From: an uncultured Candidatus Saccharibacteria bacterium
Lineage (GTDB): Bacteria; Patescibacteriota; Saccharimonadia; CAILAD01; BJGX01
Length of the DNA stretch: 64,000 nt
Assembly (NCBI GenBank): GCA_964552475.1
Contig: CAZKFZ010000006.1
Coordinates: 27-64,026, forward strand
Direction of reading: 5' to 3'
Every line of letters starts with the position of its first letter. The first letter of the stretch is position 1. The notes under the pieces are model-generated. The model ran no database searches, was not told where the DNA came from, and saw only the letters and a list, made by a program, of their open reading frames with translations. The position numbers and the translations under genes were made by a program. Of the stretch, positions 17,868 through 29,318 are shown in pieces.

Positions 17868-19820
17868 ATGAAGTATCTAAGATTAAATAAATACATCAAA
17901 GATATTGAGCCACAGACTATTATTGTGGATATTTTTGATACTTTGCTGCTAAGAAGATGGCAACCAGAGCAATGGCGATTTTATTGTATTGCAAAACTAT
18001 TCTCAAAAGAATTTAAAAAAATAAACTTAAATGCCACCGCATACTATCTATACAGACAACGTATTTACTTTAGCAAGGTATTGCGCATACAAAACCATTT
18101 AGACGGCTACGACAATGAAGCTACTCACCAAGCAATTATTAACGCAATAATACTAGATTGCGCGCGGCGACAACGTAAATCACTAAACGCTAAATCTCGC
18201 AATTCTCTATATAAAAAACTACTAAATATAGAATTGAACTTTGAGAAAGATCAGTTGATATTGAATAAAAAACTTTATAAGTTGCTTGTTAATCAAAAGA
18301 GGTCCGGTAAAAAGATATACTTTGTAAGTGATATGTATTTTGAACAAAATGATATCACAAAGTTACTAAGTAGTTTTAAAATAAAGTTTATTTCCGGAGG
18401 TGTAAGCTCGGCAGACAAATTACTTGGTAAATCTAGTGGTCGGTCTTTTGTGGTGCTAGCAAATGAGTACCCCGCTATAAAGCTAAACCTATCACTATAC
18501 ATTGGCGATAATTATCACGCAGACGTATTGCGACCAAAGCAATTTGGTTTGCAATCTGTTTGGCTTTACTTACCATTGCACCGCTTAAAGCTTTTTTTTG
18601 GAAAGGCAGTGTATAAAGTTGCCTTAACTAGTTTGTCTACGAAAGAAAAATATCTACAAAACAAACTACAAAAGAATCAGCTAAGTAAGTTATTTTCAAA
18701 AAAATCTATGAATACCAGAAATGAAGCAAAATATTTAGGCTGGATTTTTGGACCGGCATTAATATATTACTTGCATCGTTTGGGCACTCAGAGTCAAACA
18801 GCTAACAAAAAAATAATCTTTGTCACTAGCGAGAGCCTGATACTTGAAAGTCTATACAAGCAGTTAGGTTCTGGCAAAACAAAAAAACTGCCATATCTCA
18901 ACAGAACCACACTAATAAAGTCTTACGCCCACCTATTATCAAAAAAAGGCTTACAGCTAACCGAAATAGTGCCATTAGTAAAAAAAATTCTTAGGCGAAA
19001 AGACACTACCAACGCTTTGCTTACCTTAGGTATAATTTCAAAATCCAATAAACATCATCATTTGCTTGGTAAATCTATATTAAGTAAAAAATCTTTGAAC
19101 AAAATAGACATATCCAAAGCACAAGAAGATTGGCGTAACCAATATTCATCGGTAATAAAAAGCTGGAAATCTCTTGGCTTAAATAAGCAGCCAAATATAA
19201 TGCTGGCAGATGTTGGCTGGAATGATACCGTCCAAATTTTACTCTCTGAGATATTGATTGATAATGCTATAAGTACCTCAAAAATGAGCGGCTTATACTT
19301 AGGCCGAACTGGCGTGAACATATTTGATCCTCAAATAGTGACAAGCTCTCAGGGCGTAGTATTTAATTCATTAAAAGGTAGAAAAGAAAAATATCTTTAC
19401 CAACCAGAGGTATGGGAAAGCTTTTTAAATCAAGACAATATTAAAACTGAAACCCAATCAGATATTATGATTGGGTTGAGCCAAGCTATTGAATATTACA
19501 ATAAAAGCCAACTCACAGCTGAAGATTTTTGGAGACTTAACAGGCAAACAATTTTTAAAACCTTTAGAAAGCCTACGCACCGAATGATCGAAGTAATGTC
19601 TTCTTTGCAATTCGATTACGGAACTGCAGAAGAACCTATTTGTCCGCTAGTAAATATTTCTAGCACTAAATTACAAACTTACAAGTGGCTACTTTTTGAT
19701 AGGAAAAAGTTTAAATCATTCTATTTTCATCAAGGCTGGAAATGGGGTGCAGCTACTTACTACCGCTTTCGTATGCCTTACCGTTTGTGGCGGTTTATCA
19801 ACAAGAAACCTAGCTACTAA
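17868..19820 (+). CDS. HAD-superfamily hydrolase-like protein of the surface-polysaccharide-associated type
   Basis: DIFDTLL, VSDMY, K.SG, IGDNYHAD, later ADVGW. Confidence 0.75.
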   Translation: MKYLRLNKYIKDIEPQTIIVDIFDTLLLRRWQPEQWRFYCIAKLFSKEFKKINLNATAYYLYRQRIYFSKVLRIQNHLDGYDNEATHQAIINAIILDCARRQRKSLNAKSRNSLYKKLLNIELNFEKDQLILNKKLYKLLVNQKRSGKKIYFVSDMYFEQNDITKLLSSFKIKFISGGVSSADKLLGKSSGRSFVVLANEYPAIKLNLSLYIGDNYHADVLRPKQFGLQSVWLYLPLHRLKLFFGKAVYKVALTSLSTKEKYLQNKLQKNQLSKLFSKKSMNTRNEAKYLGWIFGPALIYYLHRLGTQSQTANKKIIFVTSESLILESLYKQLGSGKTKKLPYLNRTTLIKSYAHLLSKKGLQLTEIVPLVKKILRRKDTTNALLTLGIISKSNKHHHLLGKSILSKKSLNKIDISKAQEDWRNQYSSVIKSWKSLGLNKQPNIMLADVGWNDTVQILLSEILIDNAISTSKMSGLYLGRTGVNIFDPQIVTSSQGVVFNSLKGRKEKYLYQPEVWESFLNQDNIKTETQSDIMIGLSQAIEYYNKSQLTAEDFWRLNRQTIFKTFRKPTHRMIEVMSSLQFDYGTAEEPICPLVNISSTKLQTYKWLLFDRKKFKSFYFHQGWKWGAATYYRFRMPYRLWRFINKKPSY

Positions 19821-19827
19821 TACTTTC

Positions 19828-20709
19828 TCATAAATTTTCTTTATATGTGTAACCCAACAAATTCATAAGATCATTAATAATTGGTGACTGCAAAACTTCT
19901 TGTTTTTGAGATTTACTTAAACTGACTTTTTTAAATCTTTTTACCACACCCTCTTTATAAAATCTGGGGTGGATGAAGAAATCTTCTCCCAAACCTTTAT
20001 TCATCTTTTTAAATATTTTAGAATCGAAGTTCTTACCTTCGTAAGCACCGGCATTACCGCCTATAGCATGCAAAGGACGTTTTGGTGGCAAACTGATTTT
20101 TAGTTTGCCTTCAGCACCTAAAAAGTCTAATACATTTTGGAGTGTAGATTTAGTATCTTCGCTAAAATCTTCGCTCCTTATGACTATAAAAGGTATCTGA
20201 CGCGTGTTTACACTACGCAGAGCGTCATAGTAGGTATCGCGCCAAATATTCGCAAGTTGCCAAATCTCCATTTTGTCGTTTTCAAACCTGGACCTACAAC
20301 TTTCTACAAAAGCAATTGGGTGTTTTACAGTAATTATTGCAAATACTTTAGCACCTCTTGGTCTTTGGTTGAGTGCTGTATTGAGCCAACTAACATACTT
20401 TGTACCGTCTACAACAATTGGCTTATTAGTTTTTTTTGCTAGCTCGCCATGTAGTTTTATTGGGTCTAGGCTAAAAGATTTTTTAACAATGTCTTTGTCG
20501 ATAACCTTACATTCGCGACTAGCAAGTTTGCACTCCATACAATCAGCGGATTGACCGTGTAAGTGGTATTTTTCAAAATATCCTTTAAGTCTGCAGACTT
20601 CTCCGGCATACATAAGTTGATTTTGCAAATCTAAATACCTACCGAGAATTGTAGACCCACTGTATGGCGTACCTAATATAAATACACTTTTATTTAGTAG
20701 TTTTTTCAT
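19828..20709 (-). CDS. sulfotransferase-family protein
   Basis: FILGTPYSGSTIL (5'-PSB-like loop), VVDGTK, KHP...S, RSEDF. Confidence 0.75.
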   Translation of the reverse strand: MKKLLNKSVFILGTPYSGSTILGRYLDLQNQLMYAGEVCRLKGYFEKYHLHGQSADCMECKLASRECKVIDKDIVKKSFSLDPIKLHGELAKKTNKPIVVDGTKYVSWLNTALNQRPRGAKVFAIITVKHPIAFVESCRSRFENDKMEIWQLANIWRDTYYDALRSVNTRQIPFIVIRSEDFSEDTKSTLQNVLDFLGAEGKLKISLPPKRPLHAIGGNAGAYEGKNFDSKIFKKMNKGLGEDFFIHPRFYKEGVVKRFKKVSLSKSQKQEVLQSPIINDLMNLLGYTYKENL

Positions 20710-20772
20710 ATCTACTAAGTGTAGTTGTAATTAGTGCCTTATTGCAACAGTACAAAACCAATAGCAACTTAT

Positions 20773-23532
20773 CTACTGAGTAATTTCTTGTACCCTAACA
20801 TTTGCTAGATGCACTCTTCTGGCTTCGCTATCTACACCTACCTCTGTTTGCAAAACTTGGTTTGGTATAGTTTTTTGTAATAGCAGTACGATTTCACCAT
20901 TAGGCCGACGGGCGTTTTGTAAAAACTGATACATAATTGTTTGCACCACCGGATCGCTACATATATTTTCAATTAAATGTCTATATTGCTCGTCTAGTAG
21001 TAGTCCGTTAGGAGTTGATATTGTAACTAAACCATCCTGGTCTGCGTCGAACCGTATAACTATTTCTCTTAGCGTACTTGGGAAGTAATAGTCGTGCATT
21101 GCCTCTGAAACGGCTAGCTTTAGTAGGTCTTCACGTACCGAGTTGATCGGGAACCCATCACTAATATCGCTATAGTCAAGAGATATATCTACTGCATCAT
21201 TTTGACTACTAGTCTCGATTGGTGGTGGCAGTACTACTACAGAACCTTCTGAGTCAGTGTTTCTGTCAATAAATATCTTTCTTTTTTCACTAAGATAGTC
21301 AGGATGTATATGCGAGGGGTCGTGGCTGGCGAGCTGTTTTGCAAGCTTTCTGGTAGCCGGAACAGACATCCAGAGCGGTACCCTTGATCTAATAGGGTTA
21401 CCCATTCTATCTCGACTTTGTACCGCTAAAGAATCTTTAACATAATTAGGCATCTCTGCTTCTCTGTCTTCGGCGAAGGCAATCGGGCCTATTCTATAAA
21501 TATCGGTATCTATATATCTAGAAGCCAACTCTTCTGGGTTACCGGTCTGATCATGTTCGTCTAAAACTTTTTCGGTTCTTAATTTTTGTGATGGCATTTC
21601 AATAGAATCAAATACAAATTCACCAGTATCTAATAGTCTGTCGAAAGAATCTAAGGTTTCGGTTATGGGTATGGTCATTAAAAAACTTTCTGGTTTTGAT
21701 TCTGTTACAAACTCTGGCTTACGTTTTACTAACCAAGTAACAGAGTGGTGTCCTTGAAAAGTAGTTTTTTCTAAAACTTGTAGTGAATCATATTCACATT
21801 CTTCAGAAGCATGTATATAGGCATTTTGGGTCCTTAACGCTTCTTGGAGTCTTAAATATTTCTCACTTTCTTCACTTATAATCTCTGCATTGGCCCTAGC
21901 GCATACTGTATCTAGAAAATCTTGTTCAAAACCAGCAGTAAATACTACGTGGTCTACTATTATATATTCGGTATGTTCATAATCTACTTCCTCGCCATTT
22001 GAGTTAATAAACACTCCCTCTACACCTTTTTTGGGTAGCCCAATATTTACTTTTATTTTACCGTCTGGTGTATATTGCAAACCTAGTGCGTGTCCTGCAT
22101 ATGGATTTATTCTGTGTGGATAGTTGGGGTCGTCAAATCTTGGAAAATCAGCGCCCAGCTGAGAGTAGCGGGGTCTGATTGTACTCACATACTTTTGACC
22201 GTTCTGTGCTTTCTGGCCCACCCAAGATACTTCAATCTGTGTGTCTTGTCGGGTTGTTAATCCTGTAGAACCCTCGTAACCAAGAAGCTTACCTACAGTT
22301 GTTGCACCAGAATCACCAGCACCAATTACAGCCACTGAGTGATAGCTATCAAATGGCCTTTCTCCTTTTTGAACACTTTTTATTATGTGCCTCTGAAATT
22401 GTCCCAAACTTTGTACTCTAGCATCTTGGCCTAACTGTGCCTTCTCAGCTTCTCGAGCAATGACTTTTTGAGATTCTATTTGGGCTTCTTTGGTGCCCTC
22501 AAGTTCAAATTTATCTTTGCCTAGACCGGCAGCAACAATCACTCGATCTGTCTGTAATTCATAGATTTCTCCAGTCTCAGTGTCTATCATTTCAACAATT
22601 GTAGAGCCTAGCCCACCTCCCGAGTGAGGATTTCTTCTTACACTCACCACCTCGGCACATGTCATAGTGTGTCCGGCAAGAACTTGATTTATTCGAGTGG
22701 CAGTAGCAATATTGTCTTGAAAATCATAGGTAACATTATCTAGATCGGGTTCTTGAACATCACCGAGCCCCAAACTATTCTTATTTCCACTTCCGCCAGC
22801 AACATTATCTTCTGGATTGGCGCTCTCCGGACCAGTCTTGGTATTTAAACCATGTATGTCCATGTCGGGCTGAAACTGCCCTCCAATTCTATGACTTGCC
22901 TCAATAGTAAGTGCTGGATGAGCAGCATCTTCGTGTAGACGTTCGGAATTATAAACTTGTGCTTGTGGACCAGAGCCTATTACAATTTCAGCAAAGTACC
23001 TTCTACCAGATTTAATTTGTTCTTTTATCTCGTCACTCTCTCTTTGAACTAATCTATCAATAGCCAAATTTACTAATGCTTGTCCTCTATCAGATTTAGC
23101 TATCCCAGATAAATAAGCTGTTAGGTCTCTATGGGTTTGTCCTTCTAAGTATGATCGGTCGGCGGCAAGTATTGGGTCGGCGAGCATTTTTTGCCTAAGA
23201 ACATTTCTAGCTTCTGTACGAGCACCTGTCGCCTGAGCCTCAGTCCTGCCTCTTTTAATTTCTCTTCTTACTTTGTCGCGTCTAACGTTTTCTGCAACTT
23301 CTTCCATTAACTCATAGCTACTGGCTACCGTTGCGGCCAAAGCTCGTAGTTCTGGTTCACGAAGTCTTTGGGCTTTTACTCGTCTTGCTTCTATCGCCCT
23401 AAATCTCTCTGTAGAAGTAAGTACTCTATCAGCATCCGAACCTTTCTCGTGTTTGGTTAAATCTATAAAAAGTTGTGGTTTGGGTCTTGGCTCTGAGCTG
23501 CCGTGGTGCTGGACTATTGTTGGTTCGTTCAT
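20773..23532 (-). CDS. large hypothetical protein with FAD/NAD(P)-binding-like motifs
   Basis: IVIGSGPQA...EASHRIGG, VIVAAGLG, VAVIGAGDSG, DHVVFTAGF. Confidence 0.7.
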   Translation of the reverse strand: MNEPTIVQHHGSSEPRPKPQLFIDLTKHEKGSDADRVLTSTERFRAIEARRVKAQRLREPELRALAATVASSYELMEEVAENVRRDKVRREIKRGRTEAQATGARTEARNVLRQKMLADPILAADRSYLEGQTHRDLTAYLSGIAKSDRGQALVNLAIDRLVQRESDEIKEQIKSGRRYFAEIVIGSGPQAQVYNSERLHEDAAHPALTIEASHRIGGQFQPDMDIHGLNTKTGPESANPEDNVAGGSGNKNSLGLGDVQEPDLDNVTYDFQDNIATATRINQVLAGHTMTCAEVVSVRRNPHSGGGLGSTIVEMIDTETGEIYELQTDRVIVAAGLGKDKFELEGTKEAQIESQKVIAREAEKAQLGQDARVQSLGQFQRHIIKSVQKGERPFDSYHSVAVIGAGDSGATTVGKLLGYEGSTGLTTRQDTQIEVSWVGQKAQNGQKYVSTIRPRYSQLGADFPRFDDPNYPHRINPYAGHALGLQYTPDGKIKVNIGLPKKGVEGVFINSNGEEVDYEHTEYIIVDHVVFTAGFEQDFLDTVCARANAEIISEESEKYLRLQEALRTQNAYIHASEECEYDSLQVLEKTTFQGHHSVTWLVKRKPEFVTESKPESFLMTIPITETLDSFDRLLDTGEFVFDSIEMPSQKLRTEKVLDEHDQTGNPEELASRYIDTDIYRIGPIAFAEDREAEMPNYVKDSLAVQSRDRMGNPIRSRVPLWMSVPATRKLAKQLASHDPSHIHPDYLSEKRKIFIDRNTDSEGSVVVLPPPIETSSQNDAVDISLDYSDISDGFPINSVREDLLKLAVSEAMHDYYFPSTLREIVIRFDADQDGLVTISTPNGLLLDEQYRHLIENICSDPVVQTIMYQFLQNARRPNGEIVLLLQKTIPNQVLQTEVGVDSEARRVHLANVRVQEITQ

Positions 23533-23595
23533 ACTTAATACTAATTATGTTTATACTTATATTGTACAATCATTTTCAAACTAACAACACAATAA

Positions 23596-25377
23596 CTAAT
23601 CTTTTTTAAGCATAACCATAAAAGCTTCTGGTGGTATATCTACCTTGCCTATTTTTTTGAGTCGCTTTTTACCTTTTTTTTGCTTATCGAGTAGTTTGTT
23701 CTTACGGCTCACATCACCACCGTATAATTTAGCCGTAACGTTTTTGCCCATAGCTTTTATGTCTTCCCGAGCAATTATCTTGCCCCCAATAGCCGCCTGC
23801 AAGCTCACCTCGAATTGTTGACGAGGAATAACATCTTTGAGCTTTTCTACTATTTTCTTACCCAAGCTCTGTGCTTCATTGCGATGAGTAATAAGACTTA
23901 GTGAATCTACCATCTCACCACCTACTAATATATCTACGCGCACCAAGTTTTCTACTCTGTAATCAGAAAAGTCGTAGTTAAAAGAGCCATACCCAGCCGT
24001 AATACTCTTAAGGTCGTCGTAAAAATCTGTCAACACATTGCTAAGTGGCGCCTCAAATTCTACCAACGCCAAAGCCGAATCTATATAACTAAGGTTCTTT
24101 TGAATACCCCGAACGCCATTTACAAGCTGTATTACCGAGCCAAGATATTCACTAGGTACAATGATTTCACCTTTTATCCACGGCTCGGCAATCGATTCTA
24201 TTCGGCCAGCATCGGGTAGATCGGCGGCACTTTTTACTTCTAGATTTTGGCCAGAAGTGGTTTTTACTTGGTAGTCTACACTGGGGTTTGTAATAACCAT
24301 GCTAAGACTAAATTCACGCTCTAAGCGCTCTTTAATAATTTCTAGGTGCAAAAGGCCTAAGAAGCCTAACCTATAACCAAAGCCTAATACTTGTGAATTT
24401 TCTGGTTCATATTTAAGTGCAGCGTCATTAAGAGTGAGCTTAGAGAGGGCGTCTTTAAGCGCTGGATAATCTTCGCCACTACTAGGGAAAAACCCAGCAT
24501 AAACGAATGGCTTAACTACTTTGTAGCCAGGTAGTTGCTCGGTAGCTTGAGCATTATCAAGCGTAACTGTATCACCTACGTTAGCGTCGGCAATAGATTT
24601 TAAATTTGTTACACAATAACCAATTTCACCACAACTAATCTTTGGGCTAGACTGCATAGTGGGCACAAACAAGCCGGTATCTATTGCCAATGTTTTTTTA
24701 CCGGCCGCCATTAACCACAGTTGGTCACTCTTACTTATCTCGCCATCTACTATTCTAAGATATAAAATAACTCCACGATACTCGTCATAAACAGAGTCAA
24801 ATATTAAAGCCCTGGTAGGTTTAGACTTATCACCATTTGGTGATGGAACCTCATTCACAATTTTGTCTAACAACAACTCTATGTTGGTACCATCTTTAGC
24901 AGAAATCTTTAATATTTCGTCAGGCTTACATCCAAGTAGTGAACTAATTTCAGCAGCAACTTTGTCTGGCTCGGCGGCTGGTAGATCAATTTTGTTAAGT
25001 ACCGGAATAATCTTGAGATTAGCCTCGAGCGCCAAGTATACATTGGCTAGGGTTTGGGCTTGAATACCTTGGGCGGCATCGACCACCAATATTGCTCCTT
25101 CACAGGCAGCTAGGCTACGACTTACCTCGTAACTAAAGTCTACATGGCCCGGCGTATCTATTAAATTAAGTTGGTGGTCTTTCCAGTTCATGCGTACTGG
25201 CTGAAGCTTAATAGTAATACCCTTTTCTCGTTCTAGATCCATTGAGTCGAGTAGCTGGGCTTTCATTTCGCGTTTTTGCACCGTCCCAGTTAACTCAAGC
25301 ATTCTATCGGCCAGCGTACTTTTACCATGGTCTATGTGGGCAATAATTGAGAAGTTCCGAATGTTTGACTGGTTCAT
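23596..25377 (-). CDS. lepA: elongation factor 4
   Basis: IRNFSIIAHIDHGKSTLADR, GFLGLLH, C-terminal KQKKGKKR. Confidence 0.98.
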   Translation of the reverse strand: MNQSNIRNFSIIAHIDHGKSTLADRMLELTGTVQKREMKAQLLDSMDLEREKGITIKLQPVRMNWKDHQLNLIDTPGHVDFSYEVSRSLAACEGAILVVDAAQGIQAQTLANVYLALEANLKIIPVLNKIDLPAAEPDKVAAEISSLLGCKPDEILKISAKDGTNIELLLDKIVNEVPSPNGDKSKPTRALIFDSVYDEYRGVILYLRIVDGEISKSDQLWLMAAGKKTLAIDTGLFVPTMQSSPKISCGEIGYCVTNLKSIADANVGDTVTLDNAQATEQLPGYKVVKPFVYAGFFPSSGEDYPALKDALSKLTLNDAALKYEPENSQVLGFGYRLGFLGLLHLEIIKERLEREFSLSMVITNPSVDYQVKTTSGQNLEVKSAADLPDAGRIESIAEPWIKGEIIVPSEYLGSVIQLVNGVRGIQKNLSYIDSALALVEFEAPLSNVLTDFYDDLKSITAGYGSFNYDFSDYRVENLVRVDILVGGEMVDSLSLITHRNEAQSLGKKIVEKLKDVIPRQQFEVSLQAAIGGKIIAREDIKAMGKNVTAKLYGGDVSRKNKLLDKQKKGKKRLKKIGKVDIPPEAFMVMLKKD

Positions 25378-26963
25378 CTGCTAATTCTTTTTAGAATTTT
25401 TATTGGATGCATAATTTTAGCCAAGATCTTATCGGTCTCATGTACTTTTAATATTTTAGCGCAGACAAAGAATATCATTATGCCGCTTATTGAGATTGCT
25501 GCAAATTTGGGTGCAATAGTGAGAAACCCTACGTCACTAGCATATAGTGGGAATACTTTTGTAATTAACACATATATCCATAACGACATCACGCTACTGG
25601 CAATTGTTAGTTTAACACCAGATTTAATAATCGACTTATAGCCGTAGTTACCAATTTTTCTAGTTAGTAGTATCATTAGTAAGATTAATTCATAAAAGGT
25701 AGAGATGGTGAGCGCCAGCCCTAGTCCTGATACTCCGTAGCGGGACGAAAATATAATACTAAGAATAATATTAATAATAATTGAGCTCAAGCTAGTGAGT
25801 AGGGGTGTAAGAGTGTCTTCGAGTGAATAATAAACTCTGGCAATCATAAAAAACAGACTTGTAGCTATTATTGACCCGGCCAACCAACCTAGAGTATCTG
25901 ATGTTGCTTGATCACCAAAACCAAAAAGCAATCTCACAATGTAACCACGCATAACTATCGCAATAGCTGCTGAAGGAATTACAAAAAACATGATAAGACA
26001 CATATCGCGAACTATAGCCGATGCCAACCTAGCTCTGTCTTTAGATTTGGCAGCACGAATAAGGCTTGGGAACACAGCTGTAGAAATTGCCATGCCAAAT
26101 ATACCCAATGGCACATTCTTAAGATTATTGGCGTAATAATAAGATGTAAGGCTACCTACGGCTAGCTTAGAGCTTATTGCAGTTTGAATAATCCAATTAA
26201 ACTGATCAATAGCCAAGTCAATTGAGCGTGGTATCATCAGCTTGATAGTTCTAAGTACACCCGGATGAAATAAATTAAAACTAAGCCGATATTTAAAATG
26301 TAATCCAATTATTCCAAAAAATTGTAAAGCGAGTTGTAATGCCGCCCCAAGCGCTACTCCCCAGGCCACCCCGTAGATAGGCTGATTAGGGAAAAACTTG
26401 CTCAAAAATACTATACCTATAATAATACCAACGTTATACATAACGCTGGCCATAGCAAATAGCGTAAATCTATTAAAAGCTTGTTGAATAGCACCTAGTA
26501 CACTAGAAATCGAAAAAAGAAACGGTGTTACTAGCATTATTCTAGTAATATTTACTGTTAGGTTATAGCGCTCGGCATCGAAGCCAGGTGCCAATAGCTT
26601 AACTAACTGTGGCGCAAATATAAATGCAAGTGTACAAAGCGCAATGGTTACTACAGAAAAAATATTTAGTAACGAACTAGCTACATGCCAGGCTTCGTCG
26701 GTTTTTTTATCTTCTATATACCCAATAAAAACTGGTATAAATGATACAGCAAATGCGCCAGATACTAGTATTGTAAAAAGTAGGTCTGGTATTCGAAAGG
26801 CGGCGGTGTAGGCATCGGTACTAGCCGACACACCAAAGTTACTAGCTAGCAACCTGTCTCGCACTAAGCCAAGCAATCTACTTAAAAAATAACTGAGCGA
26901 AATTAAAAACGCCGCTACTGAAAGCGCCCGAGATTTGTTTAGTCTTTTTAAAATATTTTTCAC
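25374..26963 (-). CDS. murJ: lipid II flippase MurJ/MviN
   Basis: SRLLGLVRD, AFRIPD, multi-TM profile. Confidence 0.93.
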   Translation of the reverse strand: MKNILKRLNKSRALSVAAFLISLSYFLSRLLGLVRDRLLASNFGVSASTDAYTAAFRIPDLLFTILVSGAFAVSFIPVFIGYIEDKKTDEAWHVASSLLNIFSVVTIALCTLAFIFAPQLVKLLAPGFDAERYNLTVNITRIMLVTPFLFSISSVLGAIQQAFNRFTLFAMASVMYNVGIIIGIVFLSKFFPNQPIYGVAWGVALGAALQLALQFFGIIGLHFKYRLSFNLFHPGVLRTIKLMIPRSIDLAIDQFNWIIQTAISSKLAVGSLTSYYYANNLKNVPLGIFGMAISTAVFPSLIRAAKSKDRARLASAIVRDMCLIMFFVIPSAAIAIVMRGYIVRLLFGFGDQATSDTLGWLAGSIIATSLFFMIARVYYSLEDTLTPLLTSLSSIIINIILSIIFSSRYGVSGLGLALTISTFYELILLMILLTRKIGNYGYKSIIKSGVKLTIASSVMSLWIYVLITKVFPLYASDVGFLTIAPKFAAISISGIMIFFVCAKILKVHETDKILAKIMHPIKILKRISR

Positions 26964-27015
26964 TAGCTAATATTATAACAGCCTAACCTGTAAATCAAAA
27001 TAAAAAAGCCCTAGT

Positions 27016-27405
27016 TTATCTAGGGCTTGAATTGCTTTTTTTGTTTTGTTCTTCAATTTTACTAATGTATTTGTGTGCTCGGAACAATGCAAAACCAGAA
27101 GAAACATAAACTGCAGATATAATAAAAAACAAAAATAGGTTAAATTTTACACCTTCGACTGGTCCTGTAATAAGATAGTACGCTGCAAGTGTAGCTATAA
27201 TTGCAAATGATACATATAGGCCACAGATTCTCTCATAGGTTTTTGCTGTTGTGTCTTTTAGAGTTATTACGCCCCACAAAAAAAGGCCTAAGAATGCAAC
27301 GTTAACTATAATAGTACCAACTAACTCGGGCACAATAAGGCCGAAGAAGACAATAAAACAAATTCCACTGTTCGATGCCAATACTACCTTATCTCTAGCT
27401 CTCAC
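27016..27405 (-). CDS. hypothetical membrane protein
   Basis: Four hydrophobic segments. Confidence 0.55.
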   Translation of the reverse strand: MRARDKVVLASNSGICFIVFFGLIVPELVGTIIVNVAFLGLFLWGVITLKDTTAKTYERICGLYVSFAIIATLAAYYLITGPVEGVKFNLFLFFIISAVYVSSGFALFRAHKYISKIEEQNKKSNSSPR

Positions 27406-27470
27406 CTCAGATCCCCATTTCTAGAGTGGTCAAAAGAGATTGTAAACTATAAAAACCTATTATTCAATTG

Positions 27471-29315
27471 TTAGTTTTCTGATATAGCAGTCTTGGTATC
27501 TTTTTTAGGGGCCGTTTTATCGATTCTACTAAAAAGTTTAGTAAATTCTGGACCTTCTAATGTTTCTTTTTCTATTAAGGTCTTAGCGATAAGATCGAGC
27601 ATTTTACGATTTTTGGTAATTGTAGTTCTAGCAACTTTGCTAGCTTCGGCAATTAGTTTTTGTACCTCAGAGTCAATTTTAGCAGCAACTTCCTCTGAAT
27701 AATTTTTGTGCTCACCCATTGTTTTGCCTAAAAATACTGAACCTTCGCTATCACCAAAAACTTGGTTTGATAAACTTGGGCTCATACCATACTCCATTAC
27801 CATGCGCCTTGCTAAGTCATTAGCATGTTTAAGATCGCTACTGGCACCAGTAGTGATGTCACCAAAAACTAGCTCTTCTGCAGTACGACCACCAAGACTC
27901 ATAGCTATATCGTCTTTAAAATCAGCTACTGAATGCAGGTGCTTGTCTTCTTCTGGCAGACTCCAAGTAACGCCACCCGCCATACCACGAGACACAATAG
28001 ATACTTTGTGTACAGGGTTACAATGTGGCAATAAGTGTGAGAGCAGTGCATGGCCAGCCTCGTGGTAAGCAGTAATCTCTTTTTCTTTTTCGTTTAAAAC
28101 ATGACTTTTACGTTCTGGTCCTAGCGCAATCTTTTCTACTGCTTCATGAAAATCACCCTGGGTAATCTTTTTACGATTTTGGCGTGCGGCGAATATTGCA
28201 GCCTCGTTGGCAATATTCGCTAGATCGGCACCAGACACTCCGGGTGTCTTCTTGGCAATTTCACCCAGCTTAACATCTTTTTCTAATGGTTTGTTCTTAG
28301 AATGTACTTCTAGTATTTCTTCTCTAGCTTTCATATCTGGGCTATCTAGAGTAATGCGTCTATCAAACCTTCCTGGTCGCAACAGCGCAGGGTCTAATAC
28401 GTCCGGTCGGTTAGTAGCGGCCATTACTATTACATTGGTGCCTTGCTCAAAACCATCCATTTCTGTAAGTATTTGGTTGAGGGTTTGCTCACGTTCATCG
28501 TGACCACCACCTAGGCCTGTCCCACGTTGACGACCAACAGCATCAATTTCGTCAATAAAAATTATACAAGGTGAATTCTTCTTTGCCTTACTAAATAAGT
28601 CTCTTACCCTACTTGCACCAACACCCACAAACATTTCTACAAATTCTGAGCCCGATATTGAGAAAAACGGCACATCTGCCTCGCCAGCAACTGCTCGCGC
28701 TAGCAAAGTCTTACCGGTACCCGGGGCGCCAAACATCAATACACCTTTTGGAATTTTTGCACCTAAAGCTTCAAACTTAGACGGAAATTTAAGAAACTCT
28801 ACTACCTCTTGCAGTTCTGTTTTGGCTTCAATTGCACCGGCTACATCAGAAAACTTCACCTTTTCTTTTTCTAAACCAAACACTCTTGCCTTGCTTTTTC
28901 CAAAGCTCATAGCTTGGTTGTTGCTACCTTGTGCTTGGCGCATTATAAAGTAGAAAAAGCCAATAATAATTACAATAGGCAAAATTCCTAACAATATATC
29001 AAACCACTTACTAGAACCATCGTCTGGGTTTTTTACATCAACTACTACCTTAGAATAGTCTAGCCCGTAGTCTTTTAGGCTACTTGTGCGTTCCTTGTAG
29101 CCAACTTCTTTACCACCATCTTTTAGAAAAACGGTAATTTGGTCGTTAACAACTTCAATTTTGTCTACTTGTCCTTGCGAAGTTTGTTCAATTATTTTGC
29201 TAAGACTCACTTGAGCAGGTTTTTGTTCGTTGTAGTTGGCGAACACCAAAAGACCAGCCAGCACAAGAACGCCAACCGCTACATATATAAATTGTTTGGG
29301 AATCTTTTTAAACAT
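27471..29315 (-). CDS. ftsH: ATP-dependent zinc metalloprotease FtsH
   Basis: Two TMs, [24 protein letters not shown]. Confidence 0.98.
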   Translation of the reverse strand: MFKKIPKQFIYVAVGVLVLAGLLVFANYNEQKPAQVSLSKIIEQTSQGQVDKIEVVNDQITVFLKDGGKEVGYKERTSSLKDYGLDYSKVVVDVKNPDDGSSKWFDILLGILPIVIIIGFFYFIMRQAQGSNNQAMSFGKSKARVFGLEKEKVKFSDVAGAIEAKTELQEVVEFLKFPSKFEALGAKIPKGVLMFGAPGTGKTLLARAVAGEADVPFFSISGSEFVEMFVGVGASRVRDLFSKAKKNSPCIIFIDEIDAVGRQRGTGLGGGHDEREQTLNQILTEMDGFEQGTNVIVMAATNRPDVLDPALLRPGRFDRRITLDSPDMKAREEILEVHSKNKPLEKDVKLGEIAKKTPGVSGADLANIANEAAIFAARQNRKKITQGDFHEAVEKIALGPERKSHVLNEKEKEITAYHEAGHALLSHLLPHCNPVHKVSIVSRGMAGGVTWSLPEEDKHLHSVADFKDDIAMSLGGRTAEELVFGDITTGASSDLKHANDLARRMVMEYGMSPSLSNQVFGDSEGSVFLGKTMGEHKNYSEEVAAKIDSEVQKLIAEASKVARTTITKNRKMLDLIAKTLIEKETLEGPEFTKLFSRIDKTAPKKDTKTAISEN

Positions 29316-29318
29316 ATA

